DNA from: an uncultured Pseudomonadota bacterium
GTDB lineage: Bacteria; Oederibacteriota; Muellerivitia; Muellerivitales; Muellerivitaceae
Direction: 5' to 3'
Length of the DNA stretch: 64,000 bases
NCBI GenBank assembly: GCA_963770835.1
Contig: CAVYRH010000026.1
Span: 32,001 to 96,000, forward strand
Notes under the pieces: model-generated
The model's database searches: none
Told to the model about the DNA's origin: nothing
The model's input: only the letters and a program-made list of their open reading frames with translations
Translations under genes and position numbers: made by a program
Shown: positions 59,129 through 64,000 of the stretch, one piece after another
Position numbering within the stretch: position 1 is the stretch's first letter
Layout: each line of letters begins with the position of its first letter

Positions 59129-59398
59129 ATGATCTGCAGCGAAAAAGTCGTCGTGAGGCAGCCTTACGGCCTTCATTTGAGGGCCGCCGTGAAGTTGATC
59201 CTGGTCAGCCGGAAATTCAAAAGCCGCATTACGTTCAAGAAAGGCCGGGCCGAGGCAAGCGCCCAAAGCATCCTGGGGATCATGAACCTGGCGGCTGCCC
59301 ATGGGACGGAGTTAGAAGTTATTTCGGAAGGGGAAGACGCGGGGGAAGCCCTGGAGCAAATCCGGGATCTATTCGAACATCCCCAGAGTTGGTCTTAA
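59129..59398 (+). CDS. ptsH: HPr phosphocarrier
   Basis: GLHLRAA (His15 motif), SAQSILGIM (Ser46 motif), EGEDA.EAL. Confidence 0.9.
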   Translation: MICSEKVVVRQPYGLHLRAAVKLILVSRKFKSRITFKKGRAEASAQSILGIMNLAAAHGTELEVISEGEDAGEALEQIRDLFEHPQSWS

Positions 59399-59419
59399 TT
59401 CGACGGGTTGCCGCGGAGT

Positions 59420-60262
59420 TCAGGCCGGAATGAGCGAGTCGTAGGTCCGGATCTTGGCGATGACTTCTTCGATCAGGTAATCGGGGGTCGAGGCGCCGGC
59501 GGTAATGCCCACCTTGTTCTTACCCTCAAACCACTTCGGGTCCAACTCCTGGGCCGTTTCCACGTGATGGGTGGCGTCGGGCAGGTTCATCATGCAAGTA
59601 TCCGCCAGCTTGTGGGTGTTGCTTGAGTTCCGTCCCCCGATGACGATCATGATGTCCACGTTCTTCGAGAGCGCGGCGGCGGCGGTTTGGCGGTCCTTGG
59701 TGGGCTTGCAGATGGTATTGATGGGCACCACCTCGGCGCAGCGGGCCCTCAAGAGGCCCACGAACAGGTCGAATTTTTCCATTAAAAGTGTGCTCTGGCA
59801 GACCACCCCGATCTTGGAACCCTCGGGGACCGTTTGGATATCCTCCTCGTGGTACACGATCAAGGGGTTCTTCATGCGGCTGGCGATGCCCTTCACTTCC
59901 ACGTGGTGGGGATCGCCGATGATGACGATCTGCAAACCCTGGTTCTGGAGCTTGATGCCCTCGTTGTAGATCTTGGTCACCAGGGGGCAAGTCGTATCGA
60001 TGATCTCCAGGTTCCGGTCTTTCATCTGGCCGATCACGTTGATATCCAGGCCGTGGGCAGTGATGACCACCTTGTTGTCCTCCACCTCTTCCAGCTTGTG
60101 CACGATCTTCTTGTTGAGGGAGGCCAGGCGGGCCACTTCCTGCGGGTTGTGGATGAGGGAACCGAAGATGAAGGCGCGGTCCATGGTTTCGGCCTTCTGA
60201 ATAGCCTTCTTCACGCCGAAGCAGAACCCGGCGGCGTTGGCGATTTGGATTTCCCTAGGCAT
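59420..60262 (-). CDS. ispH: 4-hydroxy-3-methylbut-2-enyl diphosphate reductase
   Basis: GFCFGV, IHN, TAHG, DTTCPLV, NTIC, SSNT, GITAGASTP. Confidence 0.96.
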   Translation of the reverse strand: MPREIQIANAAGFCFGVKKAIQKAETMDRAFIFGSLIHNPQEVARLASLNKKIVHKLEEVEDNKVVITAHGLDINVIGQMKDRNLEIIDTTCPLVTKIYNEGIKLQNQGLQIVIIGDPHHVEVKGIASRMKNPLIVYHEEDIQTVPEGSKIGVVCQSTLLMEKFDLFVGLLRARCAEVVPINTICKPTKDRQTAAAALSKNVDIMIVIGGRNSSNTHKLADTCMMNLPDATHHVETAQELDPKWFEGKNKVGITAGASTPDYLIEEVIAKIRTYDSLIPA

Positions 60263-60281
60263 ATTTTCTTCCTTCGGAAGA

Positions 60282-60383
60282 GTTTTGAGTTCTAAATTTT
60301 GAGTTTTAAGTTTTGGAGGTTTTTCAATCAAAGATTGAAAAACATTCATTAACTTCGAACTAAGAACTCAGAACTTAAAACTG
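60282..60383. repeat. Inverted 7-mer arrays
   Basis: (gttttga/gttctaa)n ... (aactcag/aacttaa)n. Confidence 0.75.
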
Positions 60384-60475
60384 AAAGTCCTTGGCGAGGC
60401 CAATTCAAACAGTGAAGGGATTATATATAATGCCCGAGCTGAAATGTATCCCCCGAGCAAGCCAAGGACTTTCAC

Positions 60476-63400
60476 ATGCCGGTTTCCCTCTATTTAGGCC
60501 CCTACCAGCCTTTCCTGGAAGACGAACTAGCCTCAGCGGTTAAAACCTTCCGTCAATCCGACCCTTTGTCGCCTTTGGTTGTCCTGGTTCCCAACCGGGC
60601 CCTGGTGCGCCACCTGGGCCAGGCCCTGGCCCGGGCCAACGGATCGGCCGTGAACGTCCGGGTGCTGACCCTGCACCAATACCTCCTCGAATTCACCGAA
60701 GAAAAATGGATCAAGGAAGAAACCCGGTTCTTGCCGGAGTCCATCGTTCCCTGGGTACTGCGCGAGAACACCAAAAAAATCCGGCCCAAGGGGGACGGGC
60801 CTTTCGCGGCGGTGGACAAGACACCCGGGTTCCCCAAGACCCTGCGGGCCACCCTTTCGGAACTGCGCCAAGGGGGGTTCACGGCCAAGGAACTCGCGGA
60901 ATCCGCCAAGGCCATCGGCAAAGCCCGCGACCGCAAGCGCCTGTCCGATAAATTGGCCGAATTCGCCGCTCTTTTGGACGAGAACCAGCAATGGAAAGCC
61001 AAGAACCGTTGGAAGGACCGGGAAGATCTCTATGAGGAAGCGTTGGCGCTTAAGCCCCCCGCCGCCCGGTTTTGGACCTATGGCTTCTATGACGCCTCGT
61101 CCCTCCAGAAGAAGGTCCTTCAGCATCTTTGCGGGAGCCAGGACTCCCAATGGTTCATTCCTTATGAAGGGGACCATCCGGCTTTTGAGTACGCGAAGCC
61201 ATTCGTGGAATGGGCGGGCAAGCTTGGGGAAGTGAAAAAAGAAGGAAAGTTTAAAAGCGGGAAGGGAACGGCGCTGGGAAGACTGCAGGACAACTTATTC
61301 AGGCCCGAAAATACCCCTCACCCTGCCCCTCTCCCGCAAGGGGCGAGGGAATCTAGTTCTCCTTCTCCCTCGAGGGGAGAAGGAAGGGATGAGGGTGACT
61401 TTGATTCTTCTGACGTAAAGATCCTGCTTTGCCCCGGTGAACCGCGGGAGATGCGGGAGGTGGTGCGGGCCGCCACCGAAGAGGCCGAAAGACGAAAGAC
61501 CCATTTTTCCAAATGTGGATTGATTCTTCGCCAATTCGAGACCTACCGGCGCATGATCGTCCCCGCCTTTGACGGCCAGGGCGTCCCCCTGGCCAAGAAG
61601 CCTCCGGTATTCCTGATGGAGACCCCGGAGGCCAAGGCCTTCCTGCTCCTGCTCGAATGTTTCCAGGCGGAGTTCCCCCGGGAAACGCTGATGGATTTCC
61701 TGGCCTGCCCAAACCTGGACCCCGGGGGGTTCGGGGTGGGGGAAGAGGATTGGAACCCCCACCTTTGGGACCAAGCCTCCAAGGAAGCGGGTGTTGTGGA
61801 GGGGGAGGGGGCTTGGATCGACCGCCTGAAAGAATACGAAAGGCCCAGGTCCGGCAAGAGCTCGTTCGAAGAGGAGGGGATTTCCACGGGAGAATCCATG
61901 TCCCTTTCCGCCTTCCGGGTGAAAGTGCTTCAAACGCTTTTCGACGCAAGGCACAGGTTCGACAAGGAAAAGAATTGGGTCGGGAAGACCGGAATCCTTT
62001 TCGACCTGGCCGAGATGCTTTTTATTAAGTCCGACGCGAAAGAAGAGTTGAAAACCCTGCGGCGGGGAGTGGAGATCCTATCCAAAGAATCCTTCAAGGT
62101 GGAAAATGATGAAATCAAAGCCCTTCTCTCCGGCCTGATGGAAGAGGTGAAGATTCCATGGAAGACGCCCGAGGCGGGCGGGGTCGAGGTGTCGGACCTC
62201 ATGCAGGCCCGGGGCGTGCCCTTCGACGTGCTGGTCCTGCCCGGCTTGGTGGAACAGGGTTTCCCCCGGGTACCCCGTCCCGACCCGCTGCTCTTGGATG
62301 AGGAAAGGCGCATCCTCAATGAACGCTTTTCCGGCAAGGCCAAGGTGCCGGAAAAGGCCGAGGGGCGGCTGGAAGAGAAACTGCTTTTCCTCCTCGCGGT
62401 GCGAAGCGCCCGGGAATGCGTCATCCTCACCGCGTCCCACCTGCATCCCGGCACGGGCGCCCCCCGGGTCCCTTCCAGTTATCTCCATGAAACCCTGCGG
62501 GCGGTCACGGGCGAGCGCCAGGCCCAGTGGGGCGGGGATTCCCCCTATGTCCGAAAGGTCGCGGTGTCCGATTGGGTGCGCGACGGGGGCGAGGTGCGCG
62601 TGGACGACCTGGAAGAAGTCTTGAGCCGTTTCCAGGAAGCCCGGGAGGGGAACCCCCTGCCCGCCCAAGCCTATGCCGCCCGGAAACCCTTCTTCGACGA
62701 GGCGCGCAAGATGCTCAAAGAGCGCCAGGGAACCCGCAAGTTCACGCCCTATGACGGGGTCTTCCAGGACGCCGCCGCCGTGGAAAAGCTGCGCCAGGAC
62801 CATTCCCTCAAGGCCAAGACCCTCTCGGCCTCGCGGCTGGAGACCTACGCCGCCTGCCCGCTGCGGTATTTCTACCGTTATGTGCTGGGGCTCAAGGTCC
62901 ATCCTGAACCGGAGCGGGTCTTCCAATTAGACCCGGCGGAAAAGGGCAATCTCATGCATTCGATATTGGAAGAGACCCTGGCCCGGGGCAAGAAGGACGG
63001 CTGGCTGAGGGACCGGGACGGCGAAAAGGCCGCTCGGGCCCTCGAGGAAGAGACCCAAAAGGCCTTCCAAAATTTCGAGAAAGAGGGGGTGACGGGTTCC
63101 CAGGCCCTCTGGCAATGGAGCCAATTCAGCCTGCGGAAGGACCTGCAACGGGCCCTGCGGAAGGTGCTGGCGGATAAGGATTGGACCCCGGTGGATTTCG
63201 AGAAGGCCTTCGGGCGCGAGGGCCAGCCCGAGGTAATTTTTGAGACCCCGGCAGGAACCTTCCGGCTGGAAGGCTTCATGGACCGGGTGGACCTTTCCCC
63301 GGACGGCAAACGGTTAAGGGTGCTGGATTACAAGTCGGGGAGCAAGACGGGTTTCGCCAATGACAGCGTGAAGGAAGGCACCAAAATACAGATGCCGCTT

Positions 63401-63715
63401 TACCTTTGGGCCTGCCGGACCCTTTATCCGGGAGTTGTTCCTGAGGAAGCGGTCTATGAGTTCCTTACCGCTAAAGGGGACTATGGGTCGGTTTATTTCG
63501 AAGCCACCGATTGGAAAAAGGTGGAAGAACCTTTGAAAGCACTCCTGACCACGGCGGCGGAAGCGGTGGACCAAGGTCTTTTCCCCGCGGCTGCCAAGGC
63601 TTGCGATAACTGCGATTACCGGATTTTGTGCGGACCAGGAGCGGAAAAGCGGGGTGCGCGGAAGAAGGAAGATATGAGAGTTGAGAATTATTTCAAGTTG
63701 GAGGAATTATCATGA
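60476..63715 (+). CDS. addB: AddB/RexB-like inactive helicase-PD-(D/E)XK nuclease subunit
   Basis: VLVPN, YGFYD, ARGVPFD..VLPGLVEQGFP, EEKLLF, SASRLETYAACP, G.MDRVD, LDYKSG, CDNCDYRILC. Confidence 0.82.
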   Translation: MPVSLYLGPYQPFLEDELASAVKTFRQSDPLSPLVVLVPNRALVRHLGQALARANGSAVNVRVLTLHQYLLEFTEEKWIKEETRFLPESIVPWVLRENTKKIRPKGDGPFAAVDKTPGFPKTLRATLSELRQGGFTAKELAESAKAIGKARDRKRLSDKLAEFAALLDENQQWKAKNRWKDREDLYEEALALKPPAARFWTYGFYDASSLQKKVLQHLCGSQDSQWFIPYEGDHPAFEYAKPFVEWAGKLGEVKKEGKFKSGKGTALGRLQDNLFRPENTPHPAPLPQGARESSSPSPSRGEGRDEGDFDSSDVKILLCPGEPREMREVVRAATEEAERRKTHFSKCGLILRQFETYRRMIVPAFDGQGVPLAKKPPVFLMETPEAKAFLLLLECFQAEFPRETLMDFLACPNLDPGGFGVGEEDWNPHLWDQASKEAGVVEGEGAWIDRLKEYERPRSGKSSFEEEGISTGESMSLSAFRVKVLQTLFDARHRFDKEKNWVGKTGILFDLAEMLFIKSDAKEELKTLRRGVEILSKESFKVENDEIKALLSGLMEEVKIPWKTPEAGGVEVSDLMQARGVPFDVLVLPGLVEQGFPRVPRPDPLLLDEERRILNERFSGKAKVPEKAEGRLEEKLLFLLAVRSARECVILTASHLHPGTGAPRVPSSYLHETLRAVTGERQAQWGGDSPYVRKVAVSDWVRDGGEVRVDDLEEVLSRFQEAREGNPLPAQAYAARKPFFDEARKMLKERQGTRKFTPYDGVFQDAAAVEKLRQDHSLKAKTLSASRLETYAACPLRYFYRYVLGLKVHPEPERVFQLDPAEKGNLMHSILEETLARGKKDGWLRDRDGEKAARALEEETQKAFQNFEKEGVTGSQALWQWSQFSLRKDLQRALRKVLADKDWTPVDFEKAFGREGQPEVIFETPAGTFRLEGFMDRVDLSPDGKRLRVLDYKSGSKTGFANDSVKEGTKIQMPLYLWACRTLYPGVVPEEAVYEFLTAKGDYGSVYFEATDWKKVEEPLKALLTTAAEAVDQGLFPAAAKACDNCDYRILCGPGAEKRGARKKEDMRVENYFKLEELS
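61313..61397. repeat. CCCTCACCC hairpin pair inserted in frame in the addB-like gene
   Basis: acccctcaccctgcccctctcccgcaaggggcgaggg nearly identical to 31997-32033. Confidence 0.88.
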
Positions 63716-64000
63716 GACGAGTGGATAAAAAGTTTATTTTTCTTTATTTTTTTATCGGATTTTCTCCAATCCTTTTCGCGCAAAATGAGTCAAACCAAAA
63801 TCCTAATCCTCGGATACCAGAATTACATTCGGACAGTGACGGTGCAATAACACCCACAGCTGTGGAAACTCATCCATATGGAATAGGTATATCTTCAAAT
63901 CCAATTTGGAAAACTCGAAACGACGAAGAAATCGTAAGTAAATCCAATGAATTTCTTAAAAATCTGTTCGGCGATAAGTGGTTTGATCACTATTCCGTTT
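63712..64000 (+). CDS. AT-rich secreted hypothetical protein, 3'-truncated by the window edge
   Basis: ATGA overlap with the addB stop; GGAGG RBS; MRRVDKKFIFLYFFIGFSPILFA-Q signal peptide; frame open to the end. Confidence 0.7.
   Translation, partial: MRRVDKKFIFLYFFIGFSPILFAQNESNQNPNPRIPELHSDSDGAITPTAVETHPYGIGISSNPIWKTRNDEEIVSKSNEFLKNLFGDKWFDHYSV

Noticed and set aside
60263..60349. N-terminal extension of IspH
   Set aside because: Translation of the heptamer array; homology begins at 60262

Overview
GC-rich bacterial chromosomal segment from a diderm, LPS-making organism (hldD, autotransporter, lipoproteins); the taxon cannot be fixed from sequence alone. Core genes include gyrA (5'-truncated), pepF, purC (split by a 1-nt frameshift), hldD, thiO, ptsH, ispH, an AddB-like gene, aguA, qor and a YeeE/YedE pair. 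An accessory region at about 12.5-32.3 kb holds four intact type II toxin-antitoxin modules, two orphan or deleted antitoxins, an orphan ParB-like gene, Fic, two HNH-type nucleases and AT-rich cargo genes. It also holds a tandem cluster of three CD225/dispanin (IFITM-like) genes with DUF4190- and DUF2752-like partners. Main unexplained structure: (1) several families of small palindromic repeats nested inside each other, with filled and empty alleles both in the window, MITE-like shells (one with a 6-bp target duplication) and in-frame insertions into the parB-like and addB-like genes; (2) four same-orientation remnants of one XRE-HTH gene at cargo junctions at 19-24 kb; (3) the IFITM-like cluster; (4) a pseudo-histidine kinase with a ~370-aa Pro/Ala tail. 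No rRNA, tRNA, CRISPR array, integrase or transposase was recognised. Family assignments come from motif recognition by eye, not database searches.
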